Under the pieces are notes generated by a model. That model saw nothing but the letters and a program-made list of their open reading frames with translations. It was not told the DNA's origin and did no database searches. The position numbers and the translations under genes were made by a program. From Candidatus Altimarinota bacterium (GTDB taxonomy: Bacteria > Patescibacteriota > Gracilibacteria > CAIRYL01), in assembly GCA_965250085.1 (NCBI GenBank), contig OZ252287.1:1248001-1312000 (forward strand): 64,000 nucleotides of DNA, in the 5' to 3' direction. Positions 10,006 to 19,505 of this stretch are shown here, piece after piece (the stretch's first letter is position 1; each line of letters starts with the position of its first letter).

Positions 10006-10277
10006 TTCATTTTTAAAACAAGCACAGCGTATTGTACGTTTTTTGGAGTTTTCTGAAATAGAAATTTTATCAATGTCTTATACTCAAGAACGATCTTTGA
10101 TCTCCCAAGGTTTTTCCAGAAGAATCAAGGACCTTTTGCAATACGGCTAGATTGACGAACTTACCCAATTCCATACTTTGAAAACTCCTCGACAAAAGCA
10201 CATTTTATGGGCTCTTGGACTGTTAAAAGGAGGGTATTTCTGCTATAATTATGGGAATATTCTGAATTCTTATTTCT

Positions 10278-11132
10278 ATGGACCTCTTCAGACTTATTTC
10301 AGCGCTTTTACTCAGTTTTCTCCCTGTCTTCTTTTGGATGATTGTGCTTAATCGCAAACATCGCAACGGAATGCATTTTTTCTTTGGGATCAATTTTGTA
10401 CTGGCAGCTTTGTTTTCTGCAGTTTTTCATCATTTTTTAGAGTTTAGAATAGAAAATATTATTCAGGGGGATCTCTCTTTTGGATTTCGCGTTTTTGCCA
10501 GCTATCTCCTCATGGGGATCTGCATTGAATACGGAAAAAACTTTATTGTGCGCTTAACAGGACATAGATATTTTAGAAGTATTGACGATGTTCTGGATCT
10601 CTCTTTTGCCACTGCTCTTGGATTTACGTTTTACCAAAATTTCTTTCACTTTCACCAAGTGTTTGCCGGTGACTTTCCAGACATTGCAGGTCCTGTCAAA
10701 ATCCTCAAAGAAGTGATTCAGAGCACCTTCTATATTCTTCCTATTCATTTGTTTTGTTCCGGATTCTTTGGATATTTTTATGGACTCGCACTTTTTGCTA
10801 CCGACAAGCTCAAGGACCAAGATGCTGCTCATTCACGAGTGCGTCTCTTGGGACACAAGACCGCAAAAATCATAGAAGGGACATTTGTCTCCGTGCTGTT
10901 TTATGGTGTGTTTTTTACCATCCTCAAACTCGATCCCAGCATAGGAGATATGATGGAAATACTTGGATTTAATCGTCCGATTTTGTTTGGAACTGAAATA
11001 GATGAAAAGCTCATGCCACTATTCTCTTTTTTCTTTTTTGGACTGGGAACGATAATTCTTTTCCAACTCCTCGACAAAAAACGAGAATTTTCTCAAAAAA
11101 AACTTCTTCTCGAAAAAAATAAAACCTCTTAG
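10278..11132 (+). CDS. PrsW-family intramembrane glutamic protease (divergent)
   Basis: IEYGK, ALGFTFYQN, PIHLFCSGFFG; multiple TM segments. Confidence 0.7.
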   Translation: MDLFRLISALLLSFLPVFFWMIVLNRKHRNGMHFFFGINFVLAALFSAVFHHFLEFRIENIIQGDLSFGFRVFASYLLMGICIEYGKNFIVRLTGHRYFRSIDDVLDLSFATALGFTFYQNFFHFHQVFAGDFPDIAGPVKILKEVIQSTFYILPIHLFCSGFFGYFYGLALFATDKLKDQDAAHSRVRLLGHKTAKIIEGTFVSVLFYGVFFTILKLDPSIGDMMEILGFNRPILFGTEIDEKLMPLFSFFFFGLGTIILFQLLDKKREFSQKKLLLEKNKTS

Positions 11133-11139
11133 ATGCAAT

Positions 11140-13764
11140 ATGAAATTTAAAACACTCTTCAAATTTCGGTTTTTCTTTCTCTCACTTCTGGTGGTCACCA
11201 TCAGTTTGCTCAAGTGGGCAGGAGCGAATGCAGATTATGAATCCATCTGGCAGTTTCTTTCTGAGAATCCCATAGAACTCCTGGTTGATATATTTTGGAT
11301 ATATTACGCGCTCAAAGGGGGTATCTATATGATGCGATGGTGGTACCACGAACGCAAAGTAGAAGATCTGGTGTTTCTGGAAGTGAGTGTCAATCGGTCG
11401 GACTCCAAGGTGGATTATGAAAAAAAAGTCGAAAAAGACTTTAAAGAAAAAATTGCTGTGATGTCACAGCTCTACCGTGCTCTGACGGAACTCACAGATC
11501 TCAATTTCTGGCATTCGGTCAAATCATGGCTCTGGGATTATGAGCGAATTTCTTTTGAGCTCGTGATGAAAAACAAACAACTTCACTTCTACGTAGTATG
11601 TGATGAATACTTTCAAAGTATTTTGGAAAAACAAATCACCACATTTTATCCCAGTGCCGATATTCAGGTGTCTGATGACTACGAATTCAAAAGATCAAAG
11701 TACAAATACAATGGATTTTATATGCACGCCGTCAAAGAAGAGCAATATCCTATCTTCATGTTTCGCGAAGCAGAAGAGGATCCGCTCAATGATCTCTCCA
11801 ATGTATTTTCTAAAATGGAAGATGACGAGACCGCTGTAATCCAAATGGTAATCAATCCGGTCAGAGGAGACAAATGGCGCGATGAGGCAGAGAAAGATGC
11901 TATGGCAATGTTTCAAAAGAAGAAGCGATGGAAAATACCAATCATTTCCAGCATTCCGCTGGTGGGATCAGTTCTGAATTTTATTTTCTCTCTCTTTATG
12001 CCGGGAGGAGCCGCCAGTATTACCAATGCACCTGGAGCCAGTGGTGGAGATAGTTATATCCGTATGATTCAGCCAAAAGAAGAAGCCATCAAGCGTATGG
12101 GAATCAAAGCCGGACAACCTGGTTTTGAAACCGCTATTCGAGTAATGGCATGTGCCAAGTCACACGCCAGAGTAGAAGATATTCTGAACAATCTGGTGGT
12201 TGCGTTTTCTATTTTTAAAGACTCCTATAATAACTGGTTTCAAAATAGACGAATCTTTCCGCTCAATGCGATCAATGCACCGCTTATTTTTCATGGATTT
12301 AAAAGACGACTCTGTAAATTCTATATGGGGAAAAATTTTCTCATGGTACCAGATGAACTCGCCACCATATTTCACTTTCCTGATGCCAAGTACAATACTG
12401 CGGCGATTATCAAATGGCTCAAGTACAAAGTCCTTCCTCCTCCTCCAGATATGCCAAAAGAAGGTCTACTTCTCGGGAATAATAACTATCGAGGGCAAGA
12501 ATCACCGGTGTATATTGCTGAGCAGGACAGATCCCGCCATATGTATATCATTGGAAAATCTGGATCTGGTAAATCCGCAATGCTCTCGTTCCTCGCCCGG
12601 CAAGATGCAGCAAATGGCAATGGATTCTGTCTTATCGATCCTCATGGAGATCTCGTAGAAGATCTACTGGGATTTATTCCGAAAGAGAGAGCCAAAGACG
12701 TCATTGTCTTCAATCCGGCAGATATAGAGCGCCCCATGGGACTCAACCTCCTGGAAGCCAATACTCCGGAAGAAAAAGATCGTGCCTCCCTCGATGCGAT
12801 GGAAATTTTTATCAAACTCTTTGGAAATGAAATATTTGGACCGCGTATTCAGCATTACTTTCGTAATGGATGTCTGACGCTTATGGATGATGAAGATGAA
12901 GGCGCAACACTTATTGATATTCCGAGACTTTTTGTGGATGAAGAGTTCCAAAAATACAAAGTCTCAAAATGTAAAAATACGGTGGTGAAACAATTTTGGG
13001 AAAACGAAATGGCAAAGACCGGAGCGCGAGAAAAAGAAGAAATGATTCCCTATTTTTCTTCCAAGTTTGGACCGTTTGTGACCAACACCACGATGCGCAA
13101 TATCATCGGACAATCAAAATCAGCATTTAATATTCGGGAAATCATGGACTCGGGCAAAATCCTGCTGGTCAATCTGTCCAAGGGACGCATTGGGGATATG
13201 AATGCTCAGCTCTTGGGTCTTATATTTGTGAATAAAATCGCCATGGCGGCTATGAGCCGTGCCGATATGCCGGAAAGTGAACGAAAGCCATTTTTCTTGT
13301 ATGTGGATGAGTTTCAAAATTTCGCGACCGATGCCTTTGCTGACATCCTCTCTGAGGCACGAAAGTACAAATTGCATCTGCTGATGGCACACCAATACAT
13401 TGCTCAGCTCCAAGAAGTCCATAACTATGAGAAGCAATCCAAGGTCAAAGATGCCGTGTTTGGTAATGTGGGGACTATGGTGACGTTTAAAGTGGGAGCC
13501 GAAGATGCGGAATACTTTTCCAAAGAGTACGCACCACTGCTTTCAGAGCAGGATATTCTGGGACTGGCGAATTATAAAGCCTATGTGAAACTCAATATCA
13601 ACAATGCCCCTTCGCGACCGTTCTCTATGGGAACCATATGGGATCCCAGTGGACGCAATCAAAAGATTGCTGATATCGTCAAAGAATATTCACGCATGAA
13701 ATACGGACGCAAGCGAGAGTTTGTGGACAAAGAGATTGAGGCAAGACTCGGAATGATTGAGTAA
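11140..13764 (+). CDS. VirD4/TraD-like coupling-protein ATPase (CPR-type)
   Basis: RHMYIIGKSGSGKS, IDPHGDL, LYVDEFQNF, SEARKY, AHQY, FGNVGT. Confidence 0.9.
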   Translation: MKFKTLFKFRFFFLSLLVVTISLLKWAGANADYESIWQFLSENPIELLVDIFWIYYALKGGIYMMRWWYHERKVEDLVFLEVSVNRSDSKVDYEKKVEKDFKEKIAVMSQLYRALTELTDLNFWHSVKSWLWDYERISFELVMKNKQLHFYVVCDEYFQSILEKQITTFYPSADIQVSDDYEFKRSKYKYNGFYMHAVKEEQYPIFMFREAEEDPLNDLSNVFSKMEDDETAVIQMVINPVRGDKWRDEAEKDAMAMFQKKKRWKIPIISSIPLVGSVLNFIFSLFMPGGAASITNAPGASGGDSYIRMIQPKEEAIKRMGIKAGQPGFETAIRVMACAKSHARVEDILNNLVVAFSIFKDSYNNWFQNRRIFPLNAINAPLIFHGFKRRLCKFYMGKNFLMVPDELATIFHFPDAKYNTAAIIKWLKYKVLPPPPDMPKEGLLLGNNNYRGQESPVYIAEQDRSRHMYIIGKSGSGKSAMLSFLARQDAANGNGFCLIDPHGDLVEDLLGFIPKERAKDVIVFNPADIERPMGLNLLEANTPEEKDRASLDAMEIFIKLFGNEIFGPRIQHYFRNGCLTLMDDEDEGATLIDIPRLFVDEEFQKYKVSKCKNTVVKQFWENEMAKTGAREKEEMIPYFSSKFGPFVTNTTMRNIIGQSKSAFNIREIMDSGKILLVNLSKGRIGDMNAQLLGLIFVNKIAMAAMSRADMPESERKPFFLYVDEFQNFATDAFADILSEARKYKLHLLMAHQYIAQLQEVHNYEKQSKVKDAVFGNVGTMVTFKVGAEDAEYFSKEYAPLLSEQDILGLANYKAYVKLNINNAPSRPFSMGTIWDPSGRNQKIADIVKEYSRMKYGRKREFVDKEIEARLGMIE

Positions 13765-13846
13765 ATGAACACATTAGGCGATAGAACCTTATATAAATAT
13801 TGATATTCCATACAAATAGTGTTTTAATAAAACATCACTTATATTT

Positions 13847-14746
13847 ATGATGGATGTTCCTCCTATTTCAAGACAAGAGAGAAAAGAACCATCAGCAGAA
13901 GAAGTACTTGGCTTTCTTCACGAGTTCGCAATGCAAATGGAAAAATGCATTTATAGGCGTCTGGAAACTTGGTTTGAACTTTCTCGGCGGATCCATATAC
14001 CGCCGGACGAACTTGTTAGAGACGCCTGTGCGGGCGATGTGCTCTCTTCGATCAAGCCCGGCAAGTTCCCAGCCGAAGCTACAATTCTAAATATTCGAAA
14101 ACGACTCCGAGAGCTGATTCCTTCCGTATCTGAGCTATTGAAAGAGCTATCACAGCGCGAAGATAAGAAGCTTCTGTTATTTCAGCTCCGAGCAGGGATT
14201 GCAGAAGTTGAAGCTTCCATTTCTATCGCTGTTTGGAATCTTTTCAGGGATGAAAGGGCGACCATCTCGAGAGCCACTTGGGACGCACTGTGGAGTGGAT
14301 CCGATCAACCCGAAGCTGAAGAGTCAGGAATAATCGGACCTGATTTCTACAGAGCTTGTCTTGCCCTCCAAAAAGGAGCAACTGAGAAGCAGCAAGGAGC
14401 CAAAAATCACAAGCGGAGTGAAGCGGCCCGCACTGCGTGGAAACGAATACCGGCCGAGCAGAGAAGTGCGGCGGCGTCACACGCAGCACGCGCTCGGCAG
14501 CAAAGACTGCGCCAAGGCATTGATGCCAAGGCACTCAGCAAAAGTATCGGGAGCTTCCGATTGCAGCTTGGTTTTACACAAGCGCAATTCTCCGAGGCAC
14601 TTGCTAAGTACATGTCTAATGATGGAAAACCATCTCAGCCTCTAGTTGCTCGCTGGGAATCGGGCAAAGTACTGCCTAGTCCAAAGTATCGACAGGCATT
14701 GCTTAAACTCGCCGTCAAATCTGGATATGATCTGAGATTTCAGTAA
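13847..14746 (+). CDS. Hypothetical protein with C-terminal XRE-type HTH
   Basis: RLQLGFTQAQFSEAL...SQPLVARWESGKVLP. Confidence 0.75.
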   Translation: MMDVPPISRQERKEPSAEEVLGFLHEFAMQMEKCIYRRLETWFELSRRIHIPPDELVRDACAGDVLSSIKPGKFPAEATILNIRKRLRELIPSVSELLKELSQREDKKLLLFQLRAGIAEVEASISIAVWNLFRDERATISRATWDALWSGSDQPEAEESGIIGPDFYRACLALQKGATEKQQGAKNHKRSEAARTAWKRIPAEQRSAAASHAARARQQRLRQGIDAKALSKSIGSFRLQLGFTQAQFSEALAKYMSNDGKPSQPLVARWESGKVLPSPKYRQALLKLAVKSGYDLRFQ

Positions 14747-14754
14747 TAATGTAA

Positions 14755-15192
14755 TTATTCACTTTTGTTGCCCAAAGCTTCAAAGTACTGAGCCAACTGA
14801 TCTTTACTTAGATGTCCTACGAAGCAATAGCGAGTCAAGAGAGGGTTGTTCGTGGAGTTCGGCTCCATTGTAAGAAGTCCATAATGAACCATAACTGAGA
14901 GCGCTGCCTTCAACTCGTCTGGATGAAATCCACGAAACTGATTAGTGAGGTCGCTGATACAAGCTTTTCCACCAATGTCGTGAAGCTTCTCACGTATATT
15001 TTGATGAAATTCACGATTATAAGCGACTTCCAATGGGTCTTGAATTGTAGCTAGTAATTCTTTGCATTGCTCCGGTGTAGCTTCGGCTATCTCAGCTATT
15101 TCTCGAGAAACAGCTGCAATAGGGCACTCTCTTTCGACTATTGGCATATCGGAAGAATGTGGAGAGCTATCGGGAGCGACACTGTGTGACAT
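14755..15192 (-). CDS. Hypothetical protein, possible winged helix
   Basis: 145-aa ORF; ISDLTNQF...ELKAALSVMVHYGLL. Confidence 0.55.
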   Translation of the reverse strand: MSHSVAPDSSPHSSDMPIVERECPIAAVSREIAEIAEATPEQCKELLATIQDPLEVAYNREFHQNIREKLHDIGGKACISDLTNQFRGFHPDELKAALSVMVHYGLLTMEPNSTNNPLLTRYCFVGHLSKDQLAQYFEALGNKSE

Positions 15193-15474
15193 CTTACAAG
15201 GATTAGATCACTCAATCTTGTTTTGTAAAACAGCAGTTGGAGACGAATTAGATTTGACAGAAATCATTAAAAATACTTACGATGCGAATCCATATAATAA
15301 AACATTAATATTTTCTTATGAAAGTAGTTCACAATGTCCCTGCATTAACGCCTCAAAATGTTCAAGTGAAGGGGGATGATAGCCAGCAAGGAAGGCGTTT
15401 TCAAAGATGGCTAAAAAGACAGAGTGACAATAAAATTCCAGAAAGCGATGCAAATCAAGAAATGGCTTCAAATA

Positions 15475-15550
15475 TGGTCGGGGAGACAGGACTTGAACCT
15501 GCGACAACGCGACCCCCAGCCGCGGACTCTACCAACTGAGCTACTCCCCG
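15475..15550 (-). tRNA. tRNA-Pro(GGG)
   Basis: Reverse complement CGGGGAG...CGCGG-CTGGGGG-TCGCG...GGTTCAAGTCC...CTCCCCGACCA. Confidence 0.95.
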
Positions 15551-15577
15551 AAGCAGAAGGATTGTAAAAAAAATCTC

Positions 15578-16243
15578 TTAATATCGAAAGAGAAGATATG
15601 GATTTGGGAACAAATTCTCTATTTCTGAAAGGTCACTTGCAGCAATGTACCCCTGAAACATTCTTCCCGCATCTGCTGCTTTTTTGGTAATGATCTGCAG
15701 ATGTGTATGAGTAAACCACCCTCCACTGTCAGATCGTTCTCCAACATGAGCAAAAGATTCACCAGTATCAAGAATTTGCCCTTCTTGCACTATGTGATTT
15801 GAATCTAAATGTCCATAGAGAGAGTAAAAAATATCGCCTTGAACTTCATGTTTTAGCACCACGTATCCTCCATAGCTCCCAAGTTCTTCCTCTTTCCCTA
15901 CCCTATATACTGTTGCGGACAGCGGGGCAAAAAGCACATATCCTTTGGGAACGATAATATCAAGTCCCAGGTGATAGATTCTTCCTTCACGAATCATTTG
16001 GGGGAAGTTTTTCAAAATATTTTTCCTTTCTTCCAGATATCGTCCAATTCCCCAACTTGCTCCTGAACGAGCAAGCTCATCAAATATAATGCTCTGAAAA
16101 GCATCAAAATCATTGGTATCCATTTTAAGTGTTTTTGGATTATCAGAAGAGAAATCAAACATATAGGGATTTCCCTGAAGCTTTTTTCCAAACAGAGGAA
16201 AGATGTCAGGAGACTGCTCTGAGAGGAGTGTGAGAGGATACAT
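15578..16243 (-). CDS. M23-family peptidase
   Basis: YHLGLD, YGGYVVLKH, SLYGHL, HTHLQ. Confidence 0.88.
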   Translation of the reverse strand: MYPLTLLSEQSPDIFPLFGKKLQGNPYMFDFSSDNPKTLKMDTNDFDAFQSIIFDELARSGASWGIGRYLEERKNILKNFPQMIREGRIYHLGLDIIVPKGYVLFAPLSATVYRVGKEEELGSYGGYVVLKHEVQGDIFYSLYGHLDSNHIVQEGQILDTGESFAHVGERSDSGGWFTHTHLQIITKKAADAGRMFQGYIAASDLSEIENLFPNPYLLFRY

Positions 16244-17222
16244 GATTCGGATTTAAAAGTTCAGGAAAGGATATGGATTCTATTTCATCAGCTGCAGGCT
16301 GAGATGATCGCGTGAGATCAATGTTCCTCCTTTGATGAAATAAGTTGTGATAATAGTGTAAGAGTCCAAAAATTGTTGTAGGGATTTTTGATTTTCGATA
16401 ATTTCGTTCTCGAAGTCCCATCGGAGTATCATGAGGCGATACTTCAGTAGGTCTTGTAAACGCAATTGGAGCCCCTTTGTCCACACCTTCTGTTAAAAAA
16501 TGGAGAGTAGAGCCTGTCCAAGTGCCTCCATCTTGATATGCGCGCTCAAGAGTATCTGCTGTAGGAGTAGCACCTCTTGCTTGATACGGATCACCTTTGA
16601 CTGTTACCGCTGGGTGGATATTGAGCATTCTGCCCAAGAGGCCGCGTTGCTCTTCTATAAGAGTTTGCAAAATAACCATTAAATGATCAGAAAGAATAAC
16701 GTCTGCTCGTGCTTCTTTTGCAATGGTTGCCAAATGTTCCTCCCATTCGCGTTTTGCAGCCGCTCTTTCCGGCGTGCCTATCCGAGTAGTATGACGCCAT
16801 TCTGATGGCAGATGATATGTGTTTTGTGTGACAAGATTCCCGCTATGAGGATCACGAAGATCAAGGGGATGTATCCATGAATACTCCAATGTTGGCTCCA
16901 GAGGATTATTCAAAAGATGACCACGAGATCTATCTGTCTCGGTATCATCAGTGATGACTGTCACCAATTGAAGTTGCTCACATTCTTCTCTTGTTTTTCC
17001 AATTCCCCGTACTATCGCTTCTGGAACTCCTTGTATGTATTCTCTCCTTCCTGGGGATATTTCTACTTCTTGTCCATTCTGATCCTCACCAACAACATCT
17101 CTCTGAGAGGTGACTACTGCAATGCGAAGTGGAGACTCAGGAAGAGGAGATATTCTTTCAGCACTTCCAGAATAATGAAAGAAGTGCAAGCTTTCCTGCG
17201 GAGACAAAAGTTCATTTCTCAT
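16206..17222 (-). CDS. Divergent formyltransferase (PurN/PurU-like fold with insertions)
   Basis: LNIHPA, TGSTLHFLTEGVDKGAPI. Confidence 0.7.
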   Translation of the reverse strand: MRNELLSPQESLHFFHYSGSAERISPLPESPLRIAVVTSQRDVVGEDQNGQEVEISPGRREYIQGVPEAIVRGIGKTREECEQLQLVTVITDDTETDRSRGHLLNNPLEPTLEYSWIHPLDLRDPHSGNLVTQNTYHLPSEWRHTTRIGTPERAAAKREWEEHLATIAKEARADVILSDHLMVILQTLIEEQRGLLGRMLNIHPAVTVKGDPYQARGATPTADTLERAYQDGGTWTGSTLHFLTEGVDKGAPIAFTRPTEVSPHDTPMGLRERNYRKSKIPTTIFGLLHYYHNLFHQRRNIDLTRSSQPAADEIESISFPELLNPNHVSSHTPLRAVS

Positions 17223-17333
17223 TTTATGGGGTATAAAAAAATGCAGCTTGATATATACAAAAATACTCCAAGGTATGTATAGTTTTTATAAAAAAATTTA
17301 TATTTTTATATTTTTTTGTTATATTTATAACAA

Positions 17334-17978
17334 ATGAAAAAAATATCCGACACTCTTCGGGAAATTATTCAAAAAAATTCACTTCTTCAGTTTGGATTTT
17401 CTCACCACCTTTTTAACCTCTCTGAATTAGCGAGGTTTTTACAGCCACATATCGAAGCACGTTCTCAGAAAGAGGTTCGAGTAAGCGCTATCACCATGAA
17501 TCTTTCTCGTCTTCAGAAGAAAGTAAAAAAAATAACACCTGATATACAAAAATTTGAGATAGAAAATCTCATGGTGTATTCAGATCTTTCGATTATGACA
17601 TTCCAGAAAACATCAAAGATTCACACAGAAATTCAAAAGCTGTATACAATTGTACAAGAAAAGAAAGGATTTATGACTCTTACCGAAGGAGGACACGAAA
17701 TTACTATTATTCTTGAAAATGAGTTTTGTAAAATCGCTCAAAACATGATCTCAGAATCACCAAAACAAAAAAATCATTCCATTGCTTCTATAGGAATTAA
17801 ATTTTCAGAAAAATATTCTTCCGTTCCAGGGTTTGTATATTCAGTATTGCAACAAACAACCTTGCAGGGAATCAATATTGTTGAATTGTCTTCTACGTAT
17901 ACAGAACTCATTTTGTATATTGACACAAAGGACGTGAAACTCGCATTTGATACCATTTTTGAATGTTTTTCTCGATAA
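17334..17978 (+). CDS. HTH plus ACT-like domain protein (non-catalytic aspartate-kinase-like regulator)
   Basis: NLSELARFL..SAITMNLSR; GINIVELSSTYTEL. Confidence 0.75.
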   Translation: MKKISDTLREIIQKNSLLQFGFSHHLFNLSELARFLQPHIEARSQKEVRVSAITMNLSRLQKKVKKITPDIQKFEIENLMVYSDLSIMTFQKTSKIHTEIQKLYTIVQEKKGFMTLTEGGHEITIILENEFCKIAQNMISESPKQKNHSIASIGIKFSEKYSSVPGFVYSVLQQTTLQGINIVELSSTYTELILYIDTKDVKLAFDTIFECFSR

Positions 17979-19505
17979 ATGCGACAGAAAAAAAAATTGC
18001 CTTCGGCATTTTTGGAAAAATATAAAAAAGTTCTTTCGAATACAGAATTTAAAAAATTTCAGGAAGCCTGTACCCAGCCACTCAAGAAAAGTATTCGTAT
18101 CAATACGCTTAAAATCTCAGTTGCAGATTTCAAAAAAAGAGCAAAAAGAAAAAAATGGAAGCTCACTCCTGTTCCTTGGTGCAAAGAGGGGTTTTGGATT
18201 GATCGACCAGAGGAAGAGCAAAAAAGTATTCCGCTGGGAAAAACAGGGGAGCATATACTGGGACTTTTTTATATTCAAGAAGCCAGTTCTATGATTCCGG
18301 TAGCTGCCTTGTTTCATAATCAGCCCTTCGACTTCGCTCAGGGTGAGGAGAATCACCAAGTGATTCTTGACCTCACAGCAGCGCCAGGATCAAAAACAAC
18401 ACAATTGGCGGCGATAATGAAGAACACAGGATGTTTGATCGCAAATGAATTTTCTGCCAGTCGTATTAAAAAACTTTTTTCAAATGTACAAAGATGTGGC
18501 ATACGAAACACCGTTCTCACTCATTTTGATGGAAATTATTTTGGAAGGCATACGCCAGAAACTTTTGACGCTATCCTTCTTGATGCGCCTTGTACAGGTG
18601 AAGGGACGGTACGCAAAGATAGGGATGCGCTCAAAAACTGGAGCGAAAAAAGGATTCATTCAGCGGCAAAGATCCAAAGAAGGCTTCTTGCTTCCGCTTT
18701 CACGGCTCTCAAGCCAGGAGGAGTGCTGGTCTATTCCACGTGCACTTTGGGGCGGGAGGAAAATGAAGAGGTGTGTGGATTTTTGAAAGAAAAATTTGGT
18801 GATGTAGTGCAATTTGAATCTTTGAAAAATTTGTTTCCTGGAGCAGAAAAGTGTGTGACTCCAGAGGGATTTCTCCGTATCTGGCCACAGAGTTTTGATA
18901 CGGAAGGATTTTTTGTGGCACGAATTCGGAAAGCAGTACGAACGTTGCAATGCAACGTTCGTACGATACAAAATAGGAATTTTCCATTCTTACCTATCCC
19001 AAAATCTAAATTCCAAGAAATCCAAAAATATTATGCAGATCATTTTGGATTTTCTTTTTCACAGGTAGGGATTGATTGCAATCAATCCCTGTATATACGC
19101 GGCAGAGAAATATGGCTTTTCCCAAAAGGCGTTCAAGATTTTATCGGAAAAATCCACCTAGATCGCATTGGCATTAAACTTTGCGAAATCCATGCCAAGG
19201 GCATCAAAACATCACATGAAATGGCGGTAAATTTTGGTGGGGAATTTATGAAAAATACTCTAGAACTTTCTGCAAGTGAAGCTCAGGAATTTTATGCAGG
19301 GAAAGATATTAAACCCACCCAACCTCCCTTGTTAAGGGAGGAGCTTTTTTCTTCCCCCTTTGAAAAAGGGGGATTGAGGGGGATTTCTTCTGGTGAACTT
19401 CTCCTTACTTTCAACAAATTTCCTCTCGGGATAGGAAAAACACAAGGACAGAAGATAAAAAATCAATTGCCAAGGGATGTGGTGAGAGAAGGGGTCACGT
19501 TTTAA
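17979..19505 (+). CDS. rsmF: 16S rRNA m5C methyltransferase, RsmF-like
   Basis: FYIQEASSM, DLTAAPGSKT, ILLDAPCTGEG, VYSTCT, ENE. Confidence 0.9.
   Translation: MRQKKKLPSAFLEKYKKVLSNTEFKKFQEACTQPLKKSIRINTLKISVADFKKRAKRKKWKLTPVPWCKEGFWIDRPEEEQKSIPLGKTGEHILGLFYIQEASSMIPVAALFHNQPFDFAQGEENHQVILDLTAAPGSKTTQLAAIMKNTGCLIANEFSASRIKKLFSNVQRCGIRNTVLTHFDGNYFGRHTPETFDAILLDAPCTGEGTVRKDRDALKNWSEKRIHSAAKIQRRLLASAFTALKPGGVLVYSTCTLGREENEEVCGFLKEKFGDVVQFESLKNLFPGAEKCVTPEGFLRIWPQSFDTEGFFVARIRKAVRTLQCNVRTIQNRNFPFLPIPKSKFQEIQKYYADHFGFSFSQVGIDCNQSLYIRGREIWLFPKGVQDFIGKIHLDRIGIKLCEIHAKGIKTSHEMAVNFGGEFMKNTLELSASEAQEFYAGKDIKPTQPPLLREELFSSPFEKGGLRGISSGELLLTFNKFPLGIGKTQGQKIKNQLPRDVVREGVTF
18324..18346. repeat. In-frame CCCTGAGC...CGAAGGG-family repeat in rsmF (PFDFAQG)
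   Basis: Reverse complement matches intergenic copies at ~55981-56000, 7171-7190 and 47562-47580. Confidence 0.75.
18936..18964. repeat. In-frame 29-bp palindrome in rsmF (VRTLQCNVRT)
   Basis: GTACGAACGTTGCA-A-TGCAACGTTCGTAC. Confidence 0.85.
19065..19092. repeat. In-frame GTAG-type palindrome in rsmF (VGIDCNQSL)
   Basis: 24-bp perfect core AGGGATTGATTG/CAATCAATCCCT. Confidence 0.85.
19311..19386. repeat. In-frame double-hairpin CCCC/GGGG repeat in rsmF (PTQPPLLREELFSSPFEKGGLRGI)
   Basis: Same architecture as intergenic elements at 57233-57317 and 60018-60142. Confidence 0.85.

Noticed and set aside
10073-10250. Possible pseudogene fragment (MSYTQERSLISQGFS...)
   Set aside because: Short, interrupted by a stop, and no diagnostic motif
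13770-15474. Integrated islet at tRNA-Pro
   Set aside because: Genes look accessory, but no duplicated tRNA end or integrase was found
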